A stretch of DNA of 64,000 bases, taken from IMG/VR virus record IMGVR_UViG_3300036770_004511, positions 3,672-67,671 of that record; one strand, 5' to 3'. Positions 1 through 8,789 of the stretch are shown one piece after another. Positions within the stretch are counted from its first letter, which is position 1. Each line of letters opens with the position of its first letter. The DNA comes from a virus. A program made the position numbers and the translations under genes. The notes below the pieces were generated by a model, which saw only the letters and a list, made by a program, of their open reading frames with translations, was not told where the DNA came from and searched no databases.

Positions 1-208
1 CGTAGCTGTAGCCAATACCAGCATAGTTTTTACGGTATGGTGTGCCACCTTCTTTGTGTACTCCACCGTAGGTGTTGTAACTAGTACGTTTGCAGAGCTG
101 TCCACGGAATTGACCGTAATGTGCTTCCCAATCGTAGTTGCTTTCATCTTTTCCGACGATTACTTCAGTTACAATAAAGTTTTCATCTAAAAACGCATAG
201 TGTGCCAT
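1..208 (-). CDS. Conserved phage protein (MAHYAFLDEN...RKNYAGIGY family), truncated at the window edge
   Basis: Not in the ORF track. Read manually from ATG at 208: MAHYAFLDENFIVTEVIVGKDESNYDWEAHYGQFRGQLCKRTSYNTYGGVHKEGGTPYRKNYAGIGYSY. GAGGAG SD and TATAAATA (241-248) lie upstream. From memory, this family is commonly found next to Gly-rich fibre genes. Confidence 0.85.
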   Translation of the reverse strand, partial: MAHYAFLDENFIVTEVIVGKDESNYDWEAHYGQFRGQLCKRTSYNTYGGVHKEGGTPYRKNYAGIGYSY

Positions 209-248
209 TAAAAAATCTCCTCAAAGTAATATTGATCTTGTATTTATA

Positions 249-851
249 CTACAAGATTAGTTCTGTGAGCTCCATGTTATCACCAATTTTGCCCACAGGA
301 AAAGTGTTGAAACTCAAACTAATTCTTGTAACCGAATCTGCAGCCACGCTTTGAACCATGTGTTCAAGGTGACTGGGAAACATAATTAACTGACCTTCAA
401 CGCTGTCAAACCACCAACTTTCACTGTTAAACATATTCCAGTTGTCGGTTTTAAATTTAATCTGTTGGTATCCTGAACGATAAAAATAAATTTTATCTTG
501 TCCGGGATTAGTCTGTACATAAAACACGCCGCTGACTATGCTGTTTGGGTGTGCGTGTTTGTGATGATACTGCCCGGGTGTAGTAAAATTCCCCCAGCTT
601 TGTGTGATTCTTAGTTTAAGATCTGTACTGGGCTGATAAATTTCTCGAAAATATTCGTTGGCTGATTCTAAGAAAAAAGTTTTTAAATCTTTTAATTTCT
701 TTTTTTCTACTATGTAATTGTCTTCTGTGCTGGTATTACCCATATTGGATCTTTGCGGTTGACTGGTAATAAAATCTAATTCGGCTTTGGTAATTTTTCG
801 ATCTAGTGTAAAAAATGCCACCGGCGTAGGAAAAAGTTGATTGATTTGCAT
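249..851 (-). CDS. 2OG-Fe(II) oxygenase family protein (TIGR02466-like)
   Basis: LFPTPV start, SWGN, HxHxHPNSIVSGVFY, G-x-LIMFPSHLEHMV and RISLSFN motifs typical of phage 2OG-Fe(II) oxygenases. Confidence 0.85.
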   Translation of the reverse strand: MQINQLFPTPVAFFTLDRKITKAELDFITSQPQRSNMGNTSTEDNYIVEKKKLKDLKTFFLESANEYFREIYQPSTDLKLRITQSWGNFTTPGQYHHKHAHPNSIVSGVFYVQTNPGQDKIYFYRSGYQQIKFKTDNWNMFNSESWWFDSVEGQLIMFPSHLEHMVQSVAADSVTRISLSFNTFPVGKIGDNMELTELIL

Positions 852-901
852 TTGAGAATTCCAGTAAGTATTACTGTAATTATCGCTTGAATGTTCTTTG
901 T

Positions 902-3900
902 TTAATTAAAAGTAACCGTTCCGGTTCCGGCTGTAACTGTATATGTTCTATAGCCAACTTGACTAGTACTTGTTGTGACATTAGCTGTGATACCTGCTGA
1001 GAATGTGGCTGAATACTGTACAGGAACACGGAGAATTACAATGCCAGAACCACCTGTGCCACCGTTGCCATTACCGGAAGGATTTGATCCGCCACCACCA
1101 CCACCTCCACCGGTGTTTGTGGTTCCACTATCGCCGTTAGTATTGTTATTTTTGGCAGATCCGCCGCCACCTAACCCACCTAACCCGGCAGTTCCGCCAT
1201 TCCAGGATCCACCGCCTCCGCCGCCCGAATAAGTAATATTACTACCACTTATTGAACTATTTGCGCCTATACCCCCGTTGCCCCCAGTAGTGGTTGTGCC
1301 GGTTGTACCTATAGCTCCTGCTCCGCCGCCGCCGCCACTTCCATAATTAGGTCCTCCTGTTGCACTTGCGCCTCCGTTATTTCCCTGACTTGGTGCTGTG
1401 CTTGGTGTGTTTCCTGAACCACCTGCTGCAAGAGTGCTACCAGTTACTCCATCAGTTGTTCCGCCCCCACCAGACCCGCCAGGGCCCCCGGCATTTGCCG
1501 AACCGCTAGTAACTATTCCCCCTCCATACCCTCCGCCGGTAGAAGTAATAGATGAAAATACCGAATCGCTGCCTTTAGTTCCTACACTTGCTGTTCCACC
1601 GGCGCCACCTGCTCCTACAGTTAATGCATAGGAAATTCCTGTAGTAATAGATGTAGCTGTTCCAGTTAAGAATCCACCGCCACCGCCACCGCCACCTCGT
1701 TGGTATCCACCACCGCCTCCACCAGCAACCACCAAATAATCTACTGTAAGTGGTGGACTAGTTGTAAAAGAAATCAACCCTGTGCCTGCGTTGAATCTTG
1801 TGTATTTCTCTGCTGCGTTTATAGCAACAGTTTCTGCGGCGAGCCCGGTTCCTACGTTAATATAATAATTGTTTGAGTAGCGCAGAACGACTACTCCCGA
1901 CCCCCCCGACCCTCCTGCATGAGTCCCCGGATAAGTCTCAGCTGTGCCACCGCCCCCACCCCCTCCGGTGTTTGTACCGCCAGTACCGCCTGCTCTGGAT
2001 CCTGCTCCGCTACCAGCAGTTCCGGGACTGCCTGTGTTAAAACTATTGCCGCCGCCGGTGCCTACATTGTTATAGCCGGCGGCGCCACCACCACCACCTA
2101 GTCCACCATTTCCAGATTTTGCCGAGGTATAATGACCAGCACCACCGCCACCGCCTGCAAATGTCAGTGTTGTGCCTGTAATTGTGGTATTTGCCCCAGG
2201 CCCACCGTGCGGAAACGCTCCAGATGGATAACTAGAACTATCAGCACTTATACCCACACCACCGGCTCCACCGCCACCACCTCCATCTACTTTTAGGCCG
2301 CCGACATGATAACCAGAACCACCAGCATAGCCCTGAACAGGCGTAGTAGCAGGTGTATTACCGGCTCCCCCGGGTCCAGCTCCAGTTGTTCCATTATTAC
2401 CATTGCCGCCGCCTCCTGAACCACCTGATCCGCCTGCTGGATTACCCGGAGCATAAATTGCACCACCACCACCTCCAGCTGATGTAATCACATTAAAAGT
2501 GCTGTCACCGCCTTTTGTTCCCGCAGCAGCTACCACACCAGCGCCTCCGGCTCCTACAGTAACAGTGTAGGTTGTATTAAGTTGTATATTTCCTAATGTA
2601 CTATTTCTAAATCCGCCACCGCCGCCGCCACCGCCGCCGTGTGTGGCTCCACCACCTCCACCCCCGGCTACTACAAGATATTCAACAGAGATTGGTGGAG
2701 CTGAAGTAAACTTAACAGTCCCTGCTCCGGCAGTAAACTCAGTTATTCGAGTATTACCGGAAATAACCGAATTAGCAGTTAATCCTGCAGATACAACAGG
2801 GTAAAAATTAAGATTAGTCCTTACTATAACAATGCCGGATCCCCCGGCACCACCAGTAAAAGAATTAATTCCACCGCCCCCTCCGCCCCCTCCGGTGTTA
2901 GTTCCACCGGCACCACCAGTGGCCCCAGGGTTTCTAGCTGACCCACCGCCTACACCGGGTGCAGAAGTATTGAATCCGCCACCACCTCCACCGATTCCCC
3001 CAGCGCCGGCTTGTTTACTATTATGAGTAGCTCCTCCACCTCCACCTGCATAGTAAAAACCATCAAAGGCTAATCTCCCAGGGCCACCTGCACCGGCAAC
3101 CGAAGTGTTTGTTGCCGGTGATTCCCCTACACCGGCGGCTCCACCGCCGCCGGCACTGGGATGATCTGCAGCATTAACAAATCCAACTGACCCTCCAGCA
3201 TATCCTTGCCCGGCTGTGCCTGCGGCGCTGCCACCCGATGACCCTGAGTAAATCCATGTTGCTCCGCCACCAGACCCGCCGCTGGCAGAGTTCTGCCAGT
3301 TGTACGGCGATGAATAAGCACCAACAAGACCGCCGCCTTTGCCGCCACCCAGACTGGTAATCGACGCAAATGTGCTATTGGACCCGTTAGCCGAAGATCC
3401 AGTCGCGGCGCCAGCTCCTACCGAACACGGATAATCTGCTTCTAAATTTAATGAAAGACTTGATTCAGCAGCCGCGCCGCCACCACTTGTACCAAGACTT
3501 GTCCTAAATCCGCCAGCACCTCCGCCTCCACCTCCCCAGCTTCCCCCACATCCGCCACCAGCAACTACAAGATAGTCTACAGATAGAGTACCACCCCCAG
3601 TGGCGTCACCGGCAGTTTTATTAACCGCCATCCAACGTTGATAAGCAGAATCCCAGTACTCTACATTTAATGTAGAACTATTGTATCGGATTGCTCCCGA
3701 AGGTGGCACGGCCGGGCGTTGTGCTGTGGTGCCCGAGGGTAAGTCAAAGTATCCGGTACTATTGTTAATTTGGTCACTGACAGCAGTCACATTGCCGGCT
3801 GTACTGGCTGCTGATTTTGTCCAGGTACGCCCAGTCCAGATCCAAGTAACACCGGCATTGCTGTAAGTATCGTTGACATTGGGATTCGAGGGAAATGTTA

Positions 3901-3907
3901 ATGGCAT
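902..3907 (-). CDS. Virion fibre/appendage protein: FPSNP N-terminal module, GTTAQRP module and three tandem glycine-rich domains
   Basis: 1001 aa; MPLTFPSNP...WIWTGRTW; YFDLPSGTTAQRP; three units starting V(D/E)YLVVAGGG and ending GGSG(I/V)V(I/V)xR. Confidence 0.8.
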   Translation of the reverse strand: MPLTFPSNPNVNDTYSNAGVTWIWTGRTWTKSAASTAGNVTAVSDQINNSTGYFDLPSGTTAQRPAVPPSGAIRYNSSTLNVEYWDSAYQRWMAVNKTAGDATGGGTLSVDYLVVAGGGCGGSWGGGGGGAGGFRTSLGTSGGGAAAESSLSLNLEADYPCSVGAGAATGSSANGSNSTFASITSLGGGKGGGLVGAYSSPYNWQNSASGGSGGGATWIYSGSSGGSAAGTAGQGYAGGSVGFVNAADHPSAGGGGAAGVGESPATNTSVAGAGGPGRLAFDGFYYAGGGGGATHNSKQAGAGGIGGGGGGFNTSAPGVGGGSARNPGATGGAGGTNTGGGGGGGGINSFTGGAGGSGIVIVRTNLNFYPVVSAGLTANSVISGNTRITEFTAGAGTVKFTSAPPISVEYLVVAGGGGGGATHGGGGGGGGGFRNSTLGNIQLNTTYTVTVGAGGAGVVAAAGTKGGDSTFNVITSAGGGGGAIYAPGNPAGGSGGSGGGGNGNNGTTGAGPGGAGNTPATTPVQGYAGGSGYHVGGLKVDGGGGGGAGGVGISADSSSYPSGAFPHGGPGANTTITGTTLTFAGGGGGAGHYTSAKSGNGGLGGGGGAAGYNNVGTGGGNSFNTGSPGTAGSGAGSRAGGTGGTNTGGGGGGGTAETYPGTHAGGSGGSGVVVLRYSNNYYINVGTGLAAETVAINAAEKYTRFNAGTGLISFTTSPPLTVDYLVVAGGGGGGYQRGGGGGGGGFLTGTATSITTGISYALTVGAGGAGGTASVGTKGSDSVFSSITSTGGGYGGGIVTSGSANAGGPGGSGGGGTTDGVTGSTLAAGGSGNTPSTAPSQGNNGGASATGGPNYGSGGGGGAGAIGTTGTTTTGGNGGIGANSSISGSNITYSGGGGGGSWNGGTAGLGGLGGGGSAKNNNTNGDSGTTNTGGGGGGGGSNPSGNGNGGTGGSGIVILRVPVQYSATFSAGITANVTTSTSQVGYRTYTVTAGTGTVTFN

Positions 3908-3908
3908 A

Positions 3909-4481
3909 CTACAAACTCGCTATTCTAAATAGCCATATATCTACTGTACGACCTTTCCAGGTACCTAATGTTAGATCGGTGGTAGGTGACATAGTCCACC
4001 CAGGATTTCCCGAAGGGGCACCCGCATGACCTGCTGTTCTTGTGCCAGTTTGTGTCCAACCTTGTAATCTATATGTTGATGAGACACTGTCTACCCGATA
4101 GATAAGGTGAAAATCTTCGGTATGATTGTCCTCGGACCCCATTCTAGCTGTCACACCCACTGCGTTAGTAGTTCCATCTTTTGTCACAGCATATTGTGTC
4201 CAAATATCTCCACCACTGGCCTGTCGATAACTCATATGCAAGGCATAAATTCCTGTTAAAGCGTGAGTCCATGTTCCGCCCGAAGTATTTGTAGTCACTG
4301 AGATATTTTTAAGTGTACCAAATACCCTGTAGATAGGCATCGTGACACCATCAGTGGCTGTACTAGAAACAGTAATTTGGAAGGCATCATCAAATAATGT
4401 ACCAAAATTGGCATAGGCACTACCGTTTAATATGCTATTATCAGGTAGAGTTATCTGTGATCCGCTTATACTAATTGGCAT
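3909..4481 (-). CDS. Small beta-rich fibre-tip-like protein (possibly C1q/TNF-like)
   Basis: 190 aa; beta-strand pattern GTWTHALTGIYALHMSY; tightly coupled to its neighbours. Confidence 0.55.
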   Translation of the reverse strand: MPISISGSQITLPDNSILNGSAYANFGTLFDDAFQITVSSTATDGVTMPIYRVFGTLKNISVTTNTSGGTWTHALTGIYALHMSYRQASGGDIWTQYAVTKDGTTNAVGVTARMGSEDNHTEDFHLIYRVDSVSSTYRLQGWTQTGTRTAGHAGAPSGNPGWTMSPTTDLTLGTWKGRTVDIWLFRIASL

Positions 4482-4483
4482 AA

Positions 4484-4786
4484 TTATTCAGGTTTTGGGT
4501 ATCGGGCTTTGACTGCTAGACAATCTTGTATATACTTATCAATTTGAGCTTGCTCGCCTTTGACCACTGCATCTAAGTAATCTGTGATAGGTGGATATTC
4601 TCGTGCCCTGAGACGTTGATATTCTGTGGCTGCGATTTCGGCCTTGATCGTTTTAATGACTGCTACGACTTCGTCTTGAGTGGGTTGTGTTTGATTTTGA
4701 TCGTGCCAGATTAAACCTTCATAACTGTCCCCCGTCAGTGACCATTCTGCCCCGGGGCGCAATCTCAAAAGTGCTCGATCGATCAT
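4484..4786 (-). CDS. Tail-fibre assembly chaperone-like protein (XkdW/YorD-like)
   Basis: ALxxLRPGAEW...YQRLRAREYPPITDYLDA...VKARYPKP; paralog of 5313-5627. Confidence 0.65.
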   Translation of the reverse strand: MIDRALLRLRPGAEWSLTGDSYEGLIWHDQNQTQPTQDEVVAVIKTIKAEIAATEYQRLRAREYPPITDYLDAVVKGEQAQIDKYIQDCLAVKARYPKPE

Positions 4787-5310
4787 TATGCTATCTCCAT
4801 TACTACAATTGTTGATGATCCTCTATAACCATCACTATTACTGGCAGTGTTATCATTTTCTGTACGATTTACATAAACCGTAGATGAAGTTTGAGGGCCT
4901 ACATAAATTTGATAGGTCAATTGACTAAGAGTGTAGGGTTGATCTAAAAAAGTAAATGGATCGTTGCCAGTTACTGAAACATGTTGATCGTAGTGCCTGC
5001 CTATTACACCAGTCAAACTACCGCTGGGAGTACCACCGCCAATATCTACACCATTTCTTTTTAATTTCATATAAAATTGTGTTATTGTACTAGTGCCCGA
5101 TCCATTTACATAACCGAAAACTAAAAACTTACTTTCTAAAAATCTCGGGCTTATGTCAACAGATAATCCAGGCACAGCAGCGCCTCCACTGTTTATTTGA
5201 ACAGTTGTAGTAAATGGCGTAGTCAAAGTGGCTGATTTCACCTGTAATACAGCATCGTATTTAATGCCTGCTGTGTTTTGCCATATATCAAATTTTGCAT
5301 AACTGGGCAT
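4786..5310 (-). CDS. Fibre-tip beta-sandwich protein
   Basis: VLQVKSA...SVDISPRFLESK...FLDQP...TYQIY...STIVVMEIA; paralog of 5624-6175. Confidence 0.65.
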   Translation of the reverse strand: MPSYAKFDIWQNTAGIKYDAVLQVKSATLTTPFTTTVQINSGGAAVPGLSVDISPRFLESKFLVFGYVNGSGTSTITQFYMKLKRNGVDIGGGTPSGSLTGVIGRHYDQHVSVTGNDPFTFLDQPYTLSQLTYQIYVGPQTSSTVYVNRTENDNTASNSDGYRGSSTIVVMEIA

Positions 5311-5312
5311 AA

Positions 5313-5627
5313 TTATCCTCTAGGGTATTGGAGTTTTACCTGAGCACAGGCGGCAATATAGGCAGTCATTGGTTCGGTGTTTCCTTGTGTTTGCCAATAA
5401 ATAGCATCGGCTAGGTCTTCCAGTGGTGGATATGCTTGAGCTCTTTGACGTTGATATAATCGTGAATCATAATCGGCCTGTAGCCTGGCAATTTCTGTTT
5501 GTAGTTGTTCTAATGTCGGTTCAACTTCGGGCTTATTTTTTAACCAAACTATTGACTGATAGTCTTCGTTTTCTAATATAAATTCAGATTCAGGATATAG
5601 GCTTAATAAAGCATTAGTAACGTTCAT
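5313..5627 (-). CDS. Tail-fibre assembly chaperone-like protein (XkdW/YorD-like)
   Basis: ALLSLYP...YQRQRAQAYPPLEDLADA...VKLQYP; ATGA overlap with the upstream gene. Confidence 0.65.
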   Translation of the reverse strand: MNVTNALLSLYPESEFILENEDYQSIVWLKNKPEVEPTLEQLQTEIARLQADYDSRLYQRQRAQAYPPLEDLADAIYWQTQGNTEPMTAYIAACAQVKLQYPRG

Positions 5628-6175
5628 TGTGCTATCTCCTTGGCAATAATTACTATATCGTGATCAAACCCCCAAATAGCACTGTCCCCTGCAGTATTAC
5701 CAAAATACAACACCCCTGTGCCACCAGTTTCTCTCATAGCTTCAAATCCGTATTCGCAGGCGTTTGTTGTGCCTGGAGTATCAAGAGCTATGAAGTTTAC
5801 CCACATGGGATCGTTTACATCGTACCCGGGGGGTCTTATTGTAATTCCTGCAAATACTTGTCTACTGCCATTTGCTACACCTGCAGTGAGAAATGAATAT
5901 GTCTTAGTTCCTGCTACACTCCTAAAAGCTCGAAAACTGTAAATAGTATTAGAAGCATAACTAGCTCCGGGATTAACAGGTATGTAATATTGTAGACTTA
6001 TCAAACTATTAGCAAATCTTGGTGTAATAGATACCCGGTAATTTATGCTGGGCTCTGCAAAACTTGTAGAATTTAGTGTTGTTCTAGTCACACTGCTAAC
6101 ATAGGCAGTTTGAACAACTGTACTAACTAATTGTCCTGAAGTCAATTCCCATCGATTGAATTTCGCTGTACTCAT
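5624..6175 (-). CDS. Fibre-tip beta-sandwich protein
   Basis: MSTAKFNRW...VVQT...VSITPRFANSLI...LDTPGTT...IIAKEIAQ; paralog of 4786-5310. Confidence 0.65.
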   Translation of the reverse strand: MSTAKFNRWELTSGQLVSTVVQTAYVSSVTRTTLNSTSFAEPSINYRVSITPRFANSLISLQYYIPVNPGASYASNTIYSFRAFRSVAGTKTYSFLTAGVANGSRQVFAGITIRPPGYDVNDPMWVNFIALDTPGTTNACEYGFEAMRETGGTGVLYFGNTAGDSAIWGFDHDIVIIAKEIAQ

Positions 6176-6634
6176 TTATACTATCGTCCAAGTTGATCCA
6201 TCTGGAACCGTAACTACTACATTATTAGCAACAGTGACCGGTCCCGGTGTTTGAGCGTTAAACCCTGCAGGCACTGTAAAATCTGATGTAATAATATTTC
6301 TAGCAATATAGAAAGGAATATTACTACTTATAGTTCCTCTTGTGTATATGTTAGTGTTAATTTGTGTGAAATCAGGAGTACCGCCCCCACCACCCAAGGT
6401 AATCCAAGAGTTGCCCACATAACCATTTAAATCCCCGTATTCGCTGTCAATCCACAATGCACCGGTGGTAGGGCTAGAAGGTGCAGCATTACTTACAGTC
6501 ACTGACGCTCCGCCACCACCAGAACTGACCCCGGCACCGGCCTTGGACCAAAGGTTGCCCAACCAAGTCCAGGTTGTACCATTGTAGACATAGGTTTGAT
6601 TTAAGGTGGGATTTGAGGGAAATTGGATTGGCAT
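6176..6634 (-). CDS. Short fibre adaptor: FPSNP module, APxSP-GxLW module and C-terminal NAxTPGPVTV...WTIV domain
   Basis: 152 aa; all three motifs visible in the translation. Confidence 0.7.
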   Translation of the reverse strand: MPIQFPSNPTLNQTYVYNGTTWTWLGNLWSKAGAGVSSGGGGASVTVSNAAPSSPTTGALWIDSEYGDLNGYVGNSWITLGGGGGTPDFTQINTNIYTRGTISSNIPFYIARNIITSDFTVPAGFNAQTPGPVTVANNVVVTVPDGSTWTIV

Positions 6635-6643
6635 ATCTAATAT

Positions 6644-8782
6644 TTAATTAAATGTTATAGTTCCTGTTCCGGCTGTGACTGTATAAATTTTAAATCCTGC
6701 CACTGCGGTGCTGACAGTACTGGTTATTCCTGCCGAGAATGTAGCTGAGTTTGTACTGGGAATCTTAAGGATAGCTACCCCAGAACCTCCATTGGCTCCA
6801 CGAGCATTACCGGTCAAACTTCCGCCACTTTCTAAGTTACTACCACCTCCACCACCACCTCCGGTGTTAGCTGTTCCAGCTACAGCATCAATCGCCGGAC
6901 TGTAAGCAGCACTAGCTCCGCCACCTCCTGCGCCACCAGACTGACTGCCAGTACCACCTCCACCTCCGCCCCCACCGTATCGTGTGGCTGTGCCTGTTAT
7001 TGATGATTCCTTACCTATACCGCCAGTGGCACCGTAAGAAGAAGAACTGCCATTTCCGCCCACACCTCCGCCACCTCCGCCACCTGATCCATATCCTCCG
7101 CCACCTCCGCCCGCATAACCTTGTCCTGTTACGCCTGGGCCACCTGTTTGTCCTGGCTTAGAGTGTCCGCCCCCGGACCCTCCTGACGGTCCTGTGACAT
7201 TTCCTTGTCCTCGGCTACATCCACCGCCGCCGCCATAACACCTGTAGGTATTGGTATTATCAAATAAGAAGCTATCTGTTCCATTGCCACCAAAATCACC
7301 AGTGGATGTACTACCGACTCCGCCGCTGCCTATAGTAACTGTGTAAGCTGTTCCTAAACTCACCGGACGACTGCCGGTTAAAACACCACCGGCTCCGCCA
7401 CCGCCCCCATAATACCCGCTGCCGCCACCGCCACCGCCGGCCACTAACAACCATTCAACAGTTACTACAGTTCCGCTGATGAACACAACATTGCCAGCAC
7501 CGGCGGTAAAGGTTGTGAGATTAAACAATCCTGTAGTCTGTGTTGATGCTGTTAATCCGCTATCAATTACTAATCCGTATCCATTGGGATATTTTAATAT
7601 AACAAAACCTGAGCCACCTGAACCAGCCGTTTGATCGGTGCCACTCCAGCCGCCACCTCCGCCACCACCTCCAGTATTTGACGCAGCTGGGCTAGCCGCA
7701 GAAGTGTGACTACCATTGGTTCCCCCGCCTATGCCACCTATGCCTGTAAAACCAGGGTTGCCGTGCGGAGAGTTCATTTGACAACCACCTCCGCCGCCAC
7801 TGTGATAGTACTTGGCATTATATAATTGCCCTATTGTACTTTCACCGAAACCGTTTTCTATGCCTGCACCACCTACTGCGGTGCCCGGACTTGCTGCCCC
7901 CGGAGCTGTGGCTCCTCCGCCACCAGCACCTGCCACAGCACCAGATACGGCACCACCTGAATATCCCTGTGGCGACGAACCAGCTCCACCAGGTTTATTG
8001 TAACCTCCACCGCCGCCGGATCCACCAAGCACCGGTGACGAACTTTCCCATCCTGCGCCGCCGGATCCACCAAGAGCCACTAAACCAAATACGCTACTAT
8101 TGCCCCCACTTGTACCTAAAGATCCCCTATTTACAGCGGCTGCTCCACCACTGCCAACACTGACAGAGTATGTGGTGTTTGTCGTAGCTGTATAACCTAC
8201 GTTGCTGAAAAGATAGCCGCCGCCACCTCCGCCTCCGCCGAGTACGCCTCCGCCGCCCCCACCGGCTACTATTAAATATTGTACATTAAGTTGTCCTAAG
8301 CTGACAATAGGTGGTTGTGCGGCCGAGCGTTCCACTGTGACCCAGACATTGGCTGCTGTTTCCCAATACTCAATTCTGCCTATTGTAGTGTTAAAACGCA
8401 TATAACCATTGGCCGCTGTCGCAGGTCTTTGTGCTGTAGTGCCTGTTGGCAGGGCAAAATATCCTGAACTGTTGGCGGCCATATCATAACCACCACCACT
8501 TACCCCGGCGCCGGTAGCTCCTGTGGCACCGGCTGCGCCTGCTGGCCCTGATCCGGTTATTGCTGCCCAACTACCAGCAAAATATACACCCACATCACCA
8601 GTCTCGTCGCTCAACCATAGGGCACCTTCCGTAGGGCTCACAGGTGCTGTGCTACTGACTGTAATACTAGCACCACCCCCGGCACCGCCTTTGGTCCATA
8701 TATTACCGTTGTAGGTCCAGGTTATACCATTAAAAGTATAAGTATCGTTGGCTGCTGGATTACTGGGGAATGAGATTGGCAT
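6644..8782 (-). CDS. Fibre/appendage protein with FPSNP, APxSP-GxLW and GTTAQRP modules and two glycine-rich domains
   Basis: 712 aa; VQYLIVAGGG and VEWLLVAGGG domain starts; C-terminus similar to that of 902-3907. Confidence 0.8.
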   Translation of the reverse strand: MPISFPSNPAANDTYTFNGITWTYNGNIWTKGGAGGGASITVSSTAPVSPTEGALWLSDETGDVGVYFAGSWAAITGSGPAGAAGATGATGAGVSGGGYDMAANSSGYFALPTGTTAQRPATAANGYMRFNTTIGRIEYWETAANVWVTVERSAAQPPIVSLGQLNVQYLIVAGGGGGGVLGGGGGGGGYLFSNVGYTATTNTTYSVSVGSGGAAAVNRGSLGTSGGNSSVFGLVALGGSGGAGWESSSPVLGGSGGGGGYNKPGGAGSSPQGYSGGAVSGAVAGAGGGGATAPGAASPGTAVGGAGIENGFGESTIGQLYNAKYYHSGGGGGCQMNSPHGNPGFTGIGGIGGGTNGSHTSAASPAASNTGGGGGGGGWSGTDQTAGSGGSGFVILKYPNGYGLVIDSGLTASTQTTGLFNLTTFTAGAGNVVFISGTVVTVEWLLVAGGGGGGSGYYGGGGGAGGVLTGSRPVSLGTAYTVTIGSGGVGSTSTGDFGGNGTDSFLFDNTNTYRCYGGGGGCSRGQGNVTGPSGGSGGGHSKPGQTGGPGVTGQGYAGGGGGGYGSGGGGGGGVGGNGSSSSYGATGGIGKESSITGTATRYGGGGGGGGTGSQSGGAGGGGASAAYSPAIDAVAGTANTGGGGGGGSNLESGGSLTGNARGANGGSGVAILKIPSTNSATFSAGITSTVSTAVAGFKIYTVTAGTGTITFN

Positions 8783-8789
8783 ACTCTAT

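Noticed and set aside
902-8782. Similar 3' ends of fibre genes as a diversity-generating retroelement VR/TR pair
   Set aside because: Both copies are coding, differences are not adenine-specific, and no reverse transcriptase is present in the window.
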